Positions 17,655 to 28,757 of a DNA stretch of 64,000 nt are shown here, piece by piece. This DNA comes from an uncultured Candidatus Rokubacteria bacterium (GTDB lineage Bacteria; Methylomirabilota; Methylomirabilia; Rokubacteriales; DASRDR01): contig CAWDVE010000010.1 of assembly GCA_963805625.1 (NCBI GenBank), positions 352,001-416,000 on the forward strand, given 5' to 3'. Position 1 is the stretch's first letter, and each line of letters opens with the position of its first letter. The translations under genes were made by a program, and so were the position numbers. The notes beneath the pieces are model-generated. The model ran no database searches, was not told where the DNA came from, and saw only the letters and a list, made by a program, of their open reading frames with translations.

Positions 17655-18617
17655 CTAGCGGTGGGCGGGCACCATTTCCGGTGACGCGTCGCGGACGCGG
17701 ACGCGGGTGATCCAGTCGGCGTAGCGGGTCGATCGGCCGCGCACGGTATCGAAGAACGTGGTCCGGAGGTGGGTGGTGATCGGGCCCATCTGTCCCTTGC
17801 CCACGGAGCGTCCGTCGATGGCTTCGATCCACGCGACCTGGACGCCGGTGCCGCAGAAGAACGCCTCGTCCGCGACGTACAGCTCGGTCCGATCGATCTC
17901 GCGCTCTTCGGTCCGGATCCCCGCGTCGGTCGCCATCCGGAGCATCGAGCGGCGCGTGATCCCTTCCAGGATGTCGCCGGTGATGGGCGGCGTGATTAGC
18001 GTGTCGTTCCGGACGATGAAGAGGTTGCAGCCGCTACCCTCGGCGACCTTACCCGCGGTGTTAAGCATGATCGCCTCGTCGGCACCCTTCTCCTCCGCCT
18101 CGTCCTTCGCGAACGCCGAGTTGACGTAGGCGCCGATGAGCTTCCCCCGGCTCGGGATCGCGTTGTCGGGAATCCGGAACCACGAGGAGACGATCGCACG
18201 CTGGCCCCGATCGAGCTTCAGGTAGTCTCCAATCGGGAGCATGTAGATCGCCAGCTCGTCACCCAGGCCGCGGAGCCGCGGCGTCAGCTGAAGGGCCGGC
18301 TTGTAGACGAAGGGCCGGATGTAGGCGTCGCCCTTCGGCGCGTTCCGCTCGACCAGGGAGACGATCGTCATTGCGAGCGAGTCGCGGTCGAAGGGCAGCT
18401 CGGCACGGAGGAGCCGGCTCGAGTTCAGGAGCCGCTCCGCGTGGTCGCGAAGGCGGAAGATGTTGATCCCTCCGTCGCCGTCGTCGAGGTAGCCGCGGAT
18501 ACCGGCAAAAGCGCCGGTCCCGTACTGGACGGTGTGAGTGCCGATGCTGATCCTAGCGTCGGCGAACGGCACGATGCGACCCTGGAAGAACGCGTACTCC
18601 ATCATCGGCAAGTCCAC
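17655..18617 (-). CDS. ilvE: Branched-chain amino acid aminotransferase (PLP class IV)
   Basis: YGTGAFAGIRGY, IFRLRDHAERL, EGSGCNLF, ILEGITR, EAFFCGTG; GTG start after GGAGG. Confidence 0.92.
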   Translation of the reverse strand: MDLPMMEYAFFQGRIVPFADARISIGTHTVQYGTGAFAGIRGYLDDGDGGINIFRLRDHAERLLNSSRLLRAELPFDRDSLAMTIVSLVERNAPKGDAYIRPFVYKPALQLTPRLRGLGDELAIYMLPIGDYLKLDRGQRAIVSSWFRIPDNAIPSRGKLIGAYVNSAFAKDEAEEKGADEAIMLNTAGKVAEGSGCNLFIVRNDTLITPPITGDILEGITRRSMLRMATDAGIRTEEREIDRTELYVADEAFFCGTGVQVAWIEAIDGRSVGKGQMGPITTHLRTTFFDTVRGRSTRYADWITRVRVRDASPEMVPAHR

Positions 18618-18814
18618 GCGGCACCTCCTGCTCGAGGGTGGGCGGATTATGGCACGGCCCCAAATCCGGCCCAATAGCCACCGGGCGGATTGGCCTCACC
18701 TTTCACATGACGCCGCCGGCCCCTTGACCCCACCCCTCGTGGCGACTACGGTCCTGCCAGCTGACAGTCTCGCGCCCGTGGCCCGGGCGGTGTGAGGAGT
18801 CGGGAGGGTGAGGG

Positions 18815-19546
18815 ATGCAGGGTCCGGAGACTGAGACGGGCGCCGGCGAGCCGGACGACGGACCCGGCGCCCGCCGGGGGACACGCGAGCCTGGGCTGGC
18901 GAAGGTCCCCGCCAGCCCGCGGGCGGGGCCGGGTGGCCTCGGTCTTCTGACGATGTGGCTCGGATGGATCCGGAACCAGCCTCTCCTGGCTGCCGCGTTC
19001 CTGGGCTTCTGTCTGGTCGCGGTCGGCGGGTTGGTCCTGACCCTCCCGCGCGGCACGCTGTCCGTTGGTCACACGAGTCGGAGCCCGCGGGTTGCGTCGC
19101 CGAACGCGCCGGTGGCGGAGACCCCCATCGCGCCTCGCGAAGCTCCGATCTCACGGGCTCCGAATCCCCGCGCTGCCGAGGCCCCGAGCGCCGCGCCCGA
19201 GCCCGAACCTGGCCCCTGGGTCCACGAGGCGCCATCGGCACCGTCGCCGCGCGGCTTGGCCCTCGTCTATCGCTACCGGACGCTGCCGCCGGGTGGCGAG
19301 TCCCGGTACCAGTGGATCGTCCAGGTCCGCGGCGCCCGGCCGGTGCTGGACGGGGTCGAGGTGGTGACCTGGCGGATGGAACCTGCCGCGGCGAACGACG
19401 GCGACCTTATCTCCCGAGATCGCGCGGCCGACGGGTTTCCGCTATTCGGAGACGGGCCCGGCGGCTGGTTTGGCGTGTCGGCGAAGATTCGCTATCGGGA
19501 CGGCGTGGAGGAGACGCTCTCCCGCCGCATCGAGATGCCCGACTGA
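18815..19546 (+). CDS. Membrane-anchored protein with Pro-rich linker and a C-terminal pYEATS-like domain
   Basis: One TM helix; C-terminus YQWIVQVRG..VLDGVEVVTWRMEP...FPLFGDGPGGWFGVSAKIRYRDG; start uncertain. Confidence 0.55.
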   Translation: MQGPETETGAGEPDDGPGARRGTREPGLAKVPASPRAGPGGLGLLTMWLGWIRNQPLLAAAFLGFCLVAVGGLVLTLPRGTLSVGHTSRSPRVASPNAPVAETPIAPREAPISRAPNPRAAEAPSAAPEPEPGPWVHEAPSAPSPRGLALVYRYRTLPPGGESRYQWIVQVRGARPVLDGVEVVTWRMEPAAANDGDLISRDRAADGFPLFGDGPGGWFGVSAKIRYRDGVEETLSRRIEMPD

Positions 19547-19616
19547 TCCGCCTCGTCGGGTAGCTCCCCCCGGGAAACGCGCGCCGAGACGCGGGCGCTC
19601 CGTTGCCCGGTCGTGA

Positions 19617-20879
19617 TCAGTGGGCCCGGTGCACGGGCCGACGCCGCTGTGGTCCCAGCACGAGGCCGGCCACTGCGGCGGAGCCGATGAGGACCACCGC
19701 GACGGCGGCGGCTCCCGTGCCGAATCCGCGCCACCCGGTCAGCCAGCCCACGATGGCCGGCGCCGCGACCATGCCGAGATCCGTGATGAAGCGGTAGATA
19801 GCCACTGCCCGGCTCCCGAAGCGACCGTGCAGGTGCTCGGCCAGGAGCGAGGCGGGGATCATCCAGACGGTCATCCCCACGATGACGAGAGTGCAGGCGA
19901 GGGTGTAGCCCGAGAGCCCCCCTGTGAGAGGCAGGAGGACCACCCCGGTCACGAGGACAGCGAGCCCAGGGAGCAGCACGCGAAGCCGCCCGAAGGTGTC
20001 GGCCGCCCAGCCCACGGGGATTAGCAGGATCGCCTCGACCACGTACCCGATCGCGAGCGCCCAGCCGATTGCAGCCGCATCGAGCCCGAGCGTCTGGCTC
20101 CCGTAGAGCGGCGCGAGGGTCACGATCGCCCCCGCCCAGCCGAACGCAAGGCCGAAGGCCACGAGGTAGATTGCGAAGAGCGAGCGAGGGACCGGAGGAG
20201 GCACCGACCCAGGCGCTGCGGCGGCCTCGACGGTCTCGGTCCGGACCCGGAACACGGTCGTGATGGTCGGGAAGACGCGCCAGGCCGCGGCCAGCCAGCC
20301 GGCGCCAACGGCGACGGCTGCCGCGCCGAATCCCCAGCGCCAGCCGGCGTGGACCGAGACCGTTCCGGCCAGATAGCCACTGACGGCGTTGGCGCTGATC
20401 AGGGCGCCCTCGTACATGTTGCCCCGGCGCGTCCGCTGGTTCGAGGGTCCCGCCTGCATGAGGTAGACGATGCCCACCAGCGCCGTCGACCCGTAGCCGA
20501 GCCCGACGAGTGCCCGGGCGAGCGCCATCGTGGCCAGGGAGGCCGCCGTGGCGGCGACCAGCGTTCCTATCAGGACGAGCGCCATGCCCGCGTGCATCAT
20601 CGCGGTCGGGCCGACTCGCTCGACGAGCATCCCGGCTGGCAGCGCTAGGAGCGACCGCGGCAGGCTGAAGGCGGTGCCGAGGAGTCCCGCGGCGGCGAGA
20701 CTCAGGTTGAGGGCTCCCACCACCTCGGGAAGGAGGGGCGGGAAGACGCCCTGGCCGAAGTTCAGTAGGAAGGATACGAAGAGGAACCAGCGGAGCGCGG
20801 CGGGCTCACCAGCGAATCGAGGGATCGGGCTCCTCCTGCCGCGACCGGGCGGCGACAGAGCCGCGCTCCGGGAGTGCAC
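19617..20879 (-). CDS. MFS transporter
   Basis: About 12 hydrophobic segments; motif A-like GMLVERVG and GWAADTFGR. Confidence 0.9.
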   Translation of the reverse strand: MHSRSAALSPPGRGRRSPIPRFAGEPAALRWFLFVSFLLNFGQGVFPPLLPEVVGALNLSLAAAGLLGTAFSLPRSLLALPAGMLVERVGPTAMMHAGMALVLIGTLVAATAASLATMALARALVGLGYGSTALVGIVYLMQAGPSNQRTRRGNMYEGALISANAVSGYLAGTVSVHAGWRWGFGAAAVAVGAGWLAAAWRVFPTITTVFRVRTETVEAAAAPGSVPPPVPRSLFAIYLVAFGLAFGWAGAIVTLAPLYGSQTLGLDAAAIGWALAIGYVVEAILLIPVGWAADTFGRLRVLLPGLAVLVTGVVLLPLTGGLSGYTLACTLVIVGMTVWMIPASLLAEHLHGRFGSRAVAIYRFITDLGMVAAPAIVGWLTGWRGFGTGAAAVAVVLIGSAAVAGLVLGPQRRRPVHRAH

Positions 20880-20979
20880 GCCCCGACCGGCGGACGGGGC
20901 GAGGCCTGGTCGAACATAGCACGGTCAGGGCGCGCTCCCGACACCGGCCGCCGGAGCTCCGGGGCAGGGCGCTCCGCCC

Positions 20980-21957
20980 TCAGGACGCGAGGAAGTCCTG
21001 GAAGTACTCCTCGACCGTGACCCGCCGGCTGGTCAGGCCCAGCCGGAACGCCTCGCCCGCGAACATCTCGATCTGCGCCCGGTTTCGCTCGAGTCCGTAT
21101 GGGTGGAAGTCCTCGCCCATGACGGCCGCCGTGCTCTCGAGCTCCGCCTCCAGCCACGGCGTGGCGTAGGGAAAGCCCTTCTGCGCGGCGGTGAAGGCGT
21201 CGTTCGCCGCGATGAATGCCGCGGTGAGACTCGGGGCGATCCACCGGTTGGCCTCCCACGCCTCGCGCCGGAGGACGATCAGGTGCTGCGGAGGGAACGC
21301 GCCCGTCTTGCGAAAGTACTCCTGCTCGAGGCCGCGGAAATCCGGAAAGAGGCGGGCGATGGGGCCGGTTTCCGGATGATAGGCCTGGGGCCGGGGCGGG
21401 CTGTAGATCGCCTCCAGCTCGCCGGCGACCAGCATGTCGGCGAGCGACCGACCCGGCGGCGGGGCCTTCACGCCGGGGGGCAGCGTCAGATCCATCGGTG
21501 CCGACCAGGGTGTATCGATGTCGCCGATCCACCATTGGATCGCCGCCGGGTCCAGGCCCAGGAAGCGCAGGAAGTGGCGGTACCAGATGGATCCGCTCGC
21601 GGTGTAGCTGTACATGCCGATGCGCCGGCCGGCGAGGTCCTCGGGCCGCCGGATCGGACCGTTCCGGCGGACGTAGAGGTCCCGTGCCGTGAAGTTACGC
21701 AGCGGAAAGATGGGCAGGCCGACGTAGCGGCGATCGCCCTTGTCCATGCGGTAGAGGTACTGGGCCATCGACCACTCGCCGCCCTGCACCTCCGGGTCCT
21801 GCACGGCGCGCCGCAGCATTTCGGCGCGCGCCGGCCACGATCCCCGGCTGCCCAGGATCATGGTGAGCGCGATGCCCTCCGGTGCCACCTCGCCAGTGGC
21901 AAGCGGAAGGACGCGGGCGTAGTCTGCGCACGTCAGGGAGACTCGAACGTCGGCCAT
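20980..21957 (-). CDS. 4,5-dihydroxyphthalate decarboxylase-like / PBP2-fold protein
   Basis: LTCADYARVLPLATGEVAPEGI, EWSMAQY, LPIFPLRNF, FHPYGLERNR; AGGAG RBS. Confidence 0.75.
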   Translation of the reverse strand: MADVRVSLTCADYARVLPLATGEVAPEGIALTMILGSRGSWPARAEMLRRAVQDPEVQGGEWSMAQYLYRMDKGDRRYVGLPIFPLRNFTARDLYVRRNGPIRRPEDLAGRRIGMYSYTASGSIWYRHFLRFLGLDPAAIQWWIGDIDTPWSAPMDLTLPPGVKAPPPGRSLADMLVAGELEAIYSPPRPQAYHPETGPIARLFPDFRGLEQEYFRKTGAFPPQHLIVLRREAWEANRWIAPSLTAAFIAANDAFTAAQKGFPYATPWLEAELESTAAVMGEDFHPYGLERNRAQIEMFAGEAFRLGLTSRRVTVEEYFQDFLAS

Positions 21958-22150
21958 CGTCAGCTCCTGGATTGCGCCGCGCCGAGCCTGTCTCGGCGGC
22001 GGCGCAGTGCGAGAGGCATAAGCTGGATCGCGTTGGTCCCGGCCGGAATAGAGCACCACTCGCGAAGCGCCGTCAAGTGCCGGGGCGGGGTTGGCCCAGG
22101 GGCCCCCGCGGCGGGTCGGAGAATAGCTCGAGGGGGGCTCCGAGCGGACG

Positions 22151-22179
22151 TTGACAGAGGGGCGGTTCCCTGGCAGTCT
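22151..22179 (+). promoter_or_regulatory. leuA promoter
   Basis: TTGACA-N17-CAGTCT with extended TG. Confidence 0.65.
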
Positions 22180-22188
22180 CGAAGCGTG

Positions 22189-24043
<1,855 letters not shown>

Positions 24044-24071
24044 GCCGCCTCCAGGCGAGGGGAGCCGGGAT

Positions 24072-24104
24072 CCGAGCCGGCCAGTCGGGCCGGCTCGGTG
24101 TTTC
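24072..24104. terminator. Hairpin between convergent leuA and usp
   Basis: CCGAGCCGGCC-AGTCG-GGCCGGCTCGG-TGTTT. Confidence 0.6.
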
Positions 24105-24108
24105 CTCT

Positions 24109-24591
24109 TCAGCGCGCTAGGTCGCCGACGATCAGCACCGGGCGTCCCGCGTGGGCCGCCACCGCGGTCGAGACCGAGCCGAGCAGCACGGTCCCGAGCC
24201 GGCCTCGACCGTGGGTGCCCACGACCACCAGGTCGTAGCCGCCCGCGCGGGCAGCCTCCACGATGGTCTCGGCCGGCTGGCCCGCCAGCCATTCCACCTC
24301 CGGCTCCGGACCGCCGGCGTTGAGCGCGACGCCCCGAGCCTTGTCCAGGGTGCGCTGTGCCTCGCCGAGCGCCTCCCCGAGGGCGCGCGAGTAGTTGGGC
24401 TCGCCGAGGGTGTCGGAAGGGGCGTGATACGCCGTCATGAGCGTGAGCTGTCCCGAGAGCGCGGCGGCGAGACGCGCGGCGACACGCACCGCGTCGAAGG
24501 CATGGTCGCTGCCGTCGACGGCCACGAGGATCCGTCTGAAGAGCGCTCGAGTCGTCTCGCCGGAACGATCGACGGGGCCTGGAGTCTCCAC
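24109..24591 (-). CDS. Universal stress protein
   Basis: RILVAVDGSDHA, DLVVVGTHGRG...LLGSVS...PVLIV. Confidence 0.92.
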   Translation of the reverse strand: METPGPVDRSGETTRALFRRILVAVDGSDHAFDAVRVAARLAAALSGQLTLMTAYHAPSDTLGEPNYSRALGEALGEAQRTLDKARGVALNAGGPEPEVEWLAGQPAETIVEAARAGGYDLVVVGTHGRGRLGTVLLGSVSTAVAAHAGRPVLIVGDLAR

Positions 24592-25364
24592 GATTTCCCT
24601 CCCCTCCCGCCGTCCTGTGGGCGGGTCACGGAATCTGAGCGTGCGGGTCCGGGCGCTCAGGAGCGAGACCCCGGCCGCCCGTGGCACCTCGGGAGTTACC
24701 CGTCGGGTCGGCCGCGCAGCGCAGGCTGGGACCCGGTCGGAGCGTGTCTCCCTCCATTGTGCTAGTCCCGGGGCGCGCGCGCACGCGGAGGGTCGGCCGG
24801 TGCCCGGAGCCGGGGCGGGTGCGACTTGGGGTCCGCAGTGCCGATGCATTAGGGTGACCTAAGTACCTGGCATGAACGCGACGGGGCCTGCCACGAGTCG
24901 AGGTGACCCTGGAGTCCCAGACCCGCGGACTCTTTCAGCGCGCCGCCGGGGTGGGTCCTGCCCGCGCGATGACGAACGAGCGCCTGGGACATGCGCACCG
25001 GCGCGTTCTCGGGCGAGAGCTTCGCTCACCAGCTGCTCTGAATCCGGATTCGCACTGTCTTCCCCTTGACAGGTGGTGGGTCTGCACCTACCATCGGCCC
25101 AGCAGGGCACAGGGAATAGTAAGGGCACGCCGGCTTCGCAGTCTTGCACCTCGGGCAATGCGCTCTGCATCGAGATCGGGGATCCACGGGACGCGAGATC
25201 TCCTCGAGCGGATCGTCGTCGATGAGGAGTACCCACATCGACTGGATCGAGGCCCAGCGCCACAAGATCGCGGAGGTCGGCTATCAGCAATAGCAGATCT
25301 AGGCTGGACGCCGCCGGACGTGATGCCGAGTTTATCCTGGACGACCCGGAGGCGGGCTGTTTCC

Positions 25365-25393
25365 TTGACACTCCCACACGTCATCTGTAGAGT
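25365..25393 (+). promoter_or_regulatory. Sigma70 promoter of the bactofilin operon
   Basis: TTGACA-N17-TAGAGT. Confidence 0.7.
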
Positions 25394-25428
25394 GACAGTG
25401 TCTCTATACGCGCACGCGGGAGGCGTTC

Positions 25429-25869
25429 GTGCTCAGGGGTCTACGAAGATTCTTCGGGTTCGACTCCGGTGAGGAGGACGAGCTCGAGCCAACCCTGACG
25501 CTCTCATCCGGCCCGCAGTCAGGTGCATTCAGGGTCGGAGAGAAGCTCTCCATCAAGGGAGAGATCGTCGGGGAAGGTGACCTTGAGCTCGCGGGGCGCT
25601 TTGAAGGGATTGTCAACGTGAATGGGCGTGTCATCGTGGGGGAGCGGGCCGAGGTAGATGCGGACATCAGTGCGTCCAACATCGTCGTCGCGGGCAAGGT
25701 TCGCGGCAACCTCAACGCGACCGGGCGGGTGGAGATTCTTCCGCAAGGGATCCTGACCGGGAACCTCAAGAGCGGGAGCTTCGCGGCGGCCGATGGCGCG
25801 CTCGTCAAGGGAGAGATTGTCGTGGATCGAGGCAGAGGACGGATCGAGGTCGCGGGAGGTCAGCCATGA
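25429..25869 (+). CDS. Bactofilin (polymer-forming cytoskeletal protein)
   Basis: IKGEIVGEGDLELAGRFEGIV...VVAGKVRGNLNATGRVEI...GALVKGEI. Confidence 0.9.
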   Translation: MLRGLRRFFGFDSGEEDELEPTLTLSSGPQSGAFRVGEKLSIKGEIVGEGDLELAGRFEGIVNVNGRVIVGERAEVDADISASNIVVAGKVRGNLNATGRVEILPQGILTGNLKSGSFAAADGALVKGEIVVDRGRGRIEVAGGQP

Positions 25870-26645
25870 GGGTCGCGCTGGCGGTGTCGGTGGCGCTCCT
25901 GGCATGGGCTCCGGCTTGGGCCGGCGAGCTAATCTTCACGAACGGTAACCGGATGGTCGGGGAGCTCTCGAACGAAGCGCTCTTGGTGTCGACGGGCTCC
26001 GGGCTGGTGGAGATCGTCCCCGATGATGTGGTCATGCTCTCGCGGGAGGAGATCCGCTTGCGGGACGGGCGTGTGATCCGAGGGACGCTGGTCGGCGGCC
26101 AGGTCAAGGCCCGGACGTCCCTGGGCGAGATCGCCGTGAAGGTGGATGAGCTCCAGGCGTACCGGACGACGGGTGAGCGCGGTACCGGAGCTTCCCCGAC
26201 GGCCGCGTCTCAACCGGCGCCATCGTCTGGCACGCCGGCCGCTTCCACCTCGTCCTCGGCGACCCCGGGCCGGAGCGATACGGGTATCGTGGGCGGTCTG
26301 CCGACGGTGGGGGCGTACCAGGATCCGCAGAGCCATCGTCAGGACAACGGAGCATCCGCGACCGGCGCCCAGACGGCGGCCTTGCCGCCCGAGTCCCAGT
26401 CGATGTCCGGGGGGCGGATGTACGAGGTGGTCGGCGAGAGCATGCTATACCGGGACGCGCTCTTCAGCTCGTCACGCGTCGGCCGCGTGGTGACCGGGCA
26501 GCAAGTTAGGTATGTCGATTCGATCGACCGCCGTCTGCGGATTCTCAACCTCCTGGTGTTCGACGGCGGCCACTGGGTGAAGGTCCGTCTGCCAGACGGG
26601 ATCGAGGGCTGGGTTCCGGCCGACACCGTGCGCCAGGTGCGGTGA
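25866..26645 (+). CDS. Secreted protein with N-terminal small beta domain, Ser/Thr/Pro linker and C-terminal SH3-like domain
   Basis: Signal peptide AWA|G; HWVKVRLPDGIEGWVP; ATGA overlap with bactofilin. Confidence 0.75.
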   Translation: MRVALAVSVALLAWAPAWAGELIFTNGNRMVGELSNEALLVSTGSGLVEIVPDDVVMLSREEIRLRDGRVIRGTLVGGQVKARTSLGEIAVKVDELQAYRTTGERGTGASPTAASQPAPSSGTPAASTSSSATPGRSDTGIVGGLPTVGAYQDPQSHRQDNGASATGAQTAALPPESQSMSGGRMYEVVGESMLYRDALFSSSRVGRVVTGQQVRYVDSIDRRLRILNLLVFDGGHWVKVRLPDGIEGWVPADTVRQVR

Positions 26646-27286
26646 GCGGAATCCGAGCCTGGCTCGCGGCGCTCCCCGCGGGGATTCGCTGGACCCTTCT
26701 CGCCGTCGGCGGCCTGTTCGTCCTTGCCCTAGTCGCGGGCGGGGTCTGGAGCTGGGTCGGGCACCAAAAGGAAGCCGCCCAGCGCGCCCTCGGCCCGGCC
26801 CTCGCGACGGCTCAGCGAGCCGTGGGGTCAAGCCAGCCCGCAGACCTCGAAGCGGCGGCGGCGGCCCTCCGGCAGTTCCTCACGAGCCATTCCAGCGACC
26901 AGGCTAGCCACCAGGCCTGGTACTTTCTGGGACAGGTCGAGTTCCGGCGGAGCCAGTGGGACGCTGCGATAGCGGCCTTCGCGGAAGCATCCCGCCGGGA
27001 TCGCGGCAGCATCGGGGCGCTGAGCCGCCTCGGACAGGGCTACGCGTACGAGGCCAAGGGAGACGCGGCCCGCGCCCTCGACGTGTACCAGCAGGCCCTG
27101 GGCGGGCTGAGCCCAAAGGACTTCCTGTACGGAGACTTCCTGCTCGCCAAGGCGCGCGCCCAGGAGCTCGCCAAGGATGCGACCGGCGCTGTCGCCACCT
27201 ACAAGCAGTACTTGAAGGACCTTCCTTCGGCTGACCGGGTCCAGGACGTTCGCATTCGTCTGGCGCTCCTTGGTAGCGCCGGCTGA
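26642..27286 (+). CDS. Membrane-anchored TPR protein (YfgM-like)
   Basis: N-terminal TM; TPR-like AWYFLGQV, LGQGYAYE, LAKARAQE; GTGA overlap. Confidence 0.8.
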   Translation: MSGIRAWLAALPAGIRWTLLAVGGLFVLALVAGGVWSWVGHQKEAAQRALGPALATAQRAVGSSQPADLEAAAAALRQFLTSHSSDQASHQAWYFLGQVEFRRSQWDAAIAAFAEASRRDRGSIGALSRLGQGYAYEAKGDAARALDVYQQALGGLSPKDFLYGDFLLAKARAQELAKDATGAVATYKQYLKDLPSADRVQDVRIRLALLGSAG

Positions 27287-27310
27287 GACCCTTCCTGACC
27301 GAAAGCGAGC

Positions 27311-27475
27311 CGGGCCGTTCGGCCGGGTGACGCGTTGGGCCGGTCGAGTTCCGGGAGATCCAGGCGGGGTGGGCCCGCTGTAGTGGCGGGCATTCGGCTA
27401 GACGACAGAATCCCTCTTATCGGACATTACCGAAGGGGCCGCAGGCGCCAGGTCAGGCACCCCTGGTCGGCCTGG
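27311..27475. ncRNA. Candidate structured ncRNA, 6S-like rod, probably minus strand
   Basis: Intergenic between convergent genes. Ends pair (GGCCG 27313-17 with CGGCC 27468-72; CCGGGTG 27323-29 with CACCCCTGG 27458-66). Inner hairpin GCCCGC-N7-GCGGGC. Confidence 0.35.
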
Positions 27476-27513
27476 AGAGGTAGCAGTAGAACGGTCAATC
27501 GGACTGTGGCGGG

Positions 27514-28347
27514 TCAGCCCGGAATCTGAGCCTCTTCTGGCAGGGTCTCCCGGGCAGGCTTCCAGTCCGGCAGGCGCCATCCCAGGGCCCGAACCAGAGC
27601 GCCGACCTCGTCGGAGAAGGTGCGGCGCACCTCGTCATTGTCACGCCGCTTGAGTCCGAGCTCCTGGTAGAGGCGATTCTTGGAGCTACCGGGACGCCCG
27701 AAGATGTTCATGGTGCGGACGTACCACTTCTGGAACGTCCGTTCGGCGTCGTCCCGGGTGGCGCCGTCCTCGGCGAGCCGCTTGATCCAGAGCTCGCCGT
27801 GGCGGATGTGCATCCGCTCCTCCTTGAAGATCCCCTCCACGCCGCGCCGCCAGGGACCGTAGGACGAGTGCCGCACGTCCTCGAGCTGGTGCCCTGCCCC
27901 GCGGTCCATGCAGAAGTTGAACATCACGAAGTCCGCCCAGGTGTCGATTGGATAGTAGAAGATGTTGACGCGCTTGTCCGAGGCGACGCGGGCCGTCCCG
28001 ATGTCGGCCTCCGAGTCGTCGAGTCGGCGCGCGAAGCTCTGGTCGTGGGTTCCCACGTGGGTGCCGACGTCCACGCCGAGCTCTTCGAGGAGATCGTACA
28101 TCACCTTGGCGTGGCGAGTCTCATCCTTCACGATCTGGGCGACGACGAGCTTCTCCTCGACGCCTGGCGCCTTCATGATCCAGGGCACGTAGCCGTAGGC
28201 GCCGGCGAGCTCGGAGTCGGCCTGCATGGTCATGAGGTGAACCAGGTTGTCGCGGTAGGTCGCGCTCATCTCGTCGTGCGCTTCGATGCGCTCGCCTCGC
28301 GCGATCCGGGCGAGCAGGCGCTCGTGGCGTGCGCGTTCGTCGGTCAT
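27514..28347 (-). CDS. PaaA-like ferritin-fold di-iron protein (phenylacetyl-CoA epoxidase subunit family)
   Basis: ADSE, DETRH, MDRG, EERMH ligand pattern; RVNIFYYPIDTWAD. Confidence 0.8.
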   Translation of the reverse strand: MTDERARHERLLARIARGERIEAHDEMSATYRDNLVHLMTMQADSELAGAYGYVPWIMKAPGVEEKLVVAQIVKDETRHAKVMYDLLEELGVDVGTHVGTHDQSFARRLDDSEADIGTARVASDKRVNIFYYPIDTWADFVMFNFCMDRGAGHQLEDVRHSSYGPWRRGVEGIFKEERMHIRHGELWIKRLAEDGATRDDAERTFQKWYVRTMNIFGRPGSSKNRLYQELGLKRRDNDEVRRTFSDEVGALVRALGWRLPDWKPARETLPEEAQIPG

Positions 28348-28757
28348 GGCTCCCTCCCTCGACGGCCGTCGGCCGGTCCTGGAAGGCGCCGGCGCTCGGG
28401 CACAGGGTAGCACTGCTCCACGGGGGTCTGCCGCGCGAAGCCCAGTGCCTCGCGCTGAATGATCAGGTGATGGCGCACGCGGGCCGCCTCGTCTCGCAGA
28501 CGGTTACGGTTCCGGATCGCGATCTCGAAGCGCACCAGGTCCGCCTCCGCGGGGTCCCTCCCCGTCTCTGCCATCTCGTCCAGGCGACGGTCCAGCGCGG
28601 CCAGCTGATCGAGAATCCGCTGGAGCCGCTCTCCCGTTCGGCCCAAGGCCTCCGCCTGGGCCTGCCTGATGTCGCGCTCGGTGCTCCCCAGTCGCTCGGC
28701 GCGGGTCCGGTTGCGGTCGCCGGCGGCGCGGGCGACGTCGTCTCGCCTCAGCTCCAC
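28344..28757 (-). CDS. Hypothetical helical protein
   Basis: Overlaps both neighbours; ends LIIQREALGF...YPVP. Confidence 0.75.
   Translation of the reverse strand: MELRRDDVARAAGDRNRTRAERLGSTERDIRQAQAEALGRTGERLQRILDQLAALDRRLDEMAETGRDPAEADLVRFEIAIRNRNRLRDEAARVRHHLIIQREALGFARQTPVEQCYPVPERRRLPGPADGRRGREP

Noticed and set aside
27400-27470. TPP riboswitch (minus strand GGGGTGC...GGTAATG...AGGGA)
   Set aside because: Lacks the CTGAGA and ACCTGAT core and has no downstream gene in that orientation.
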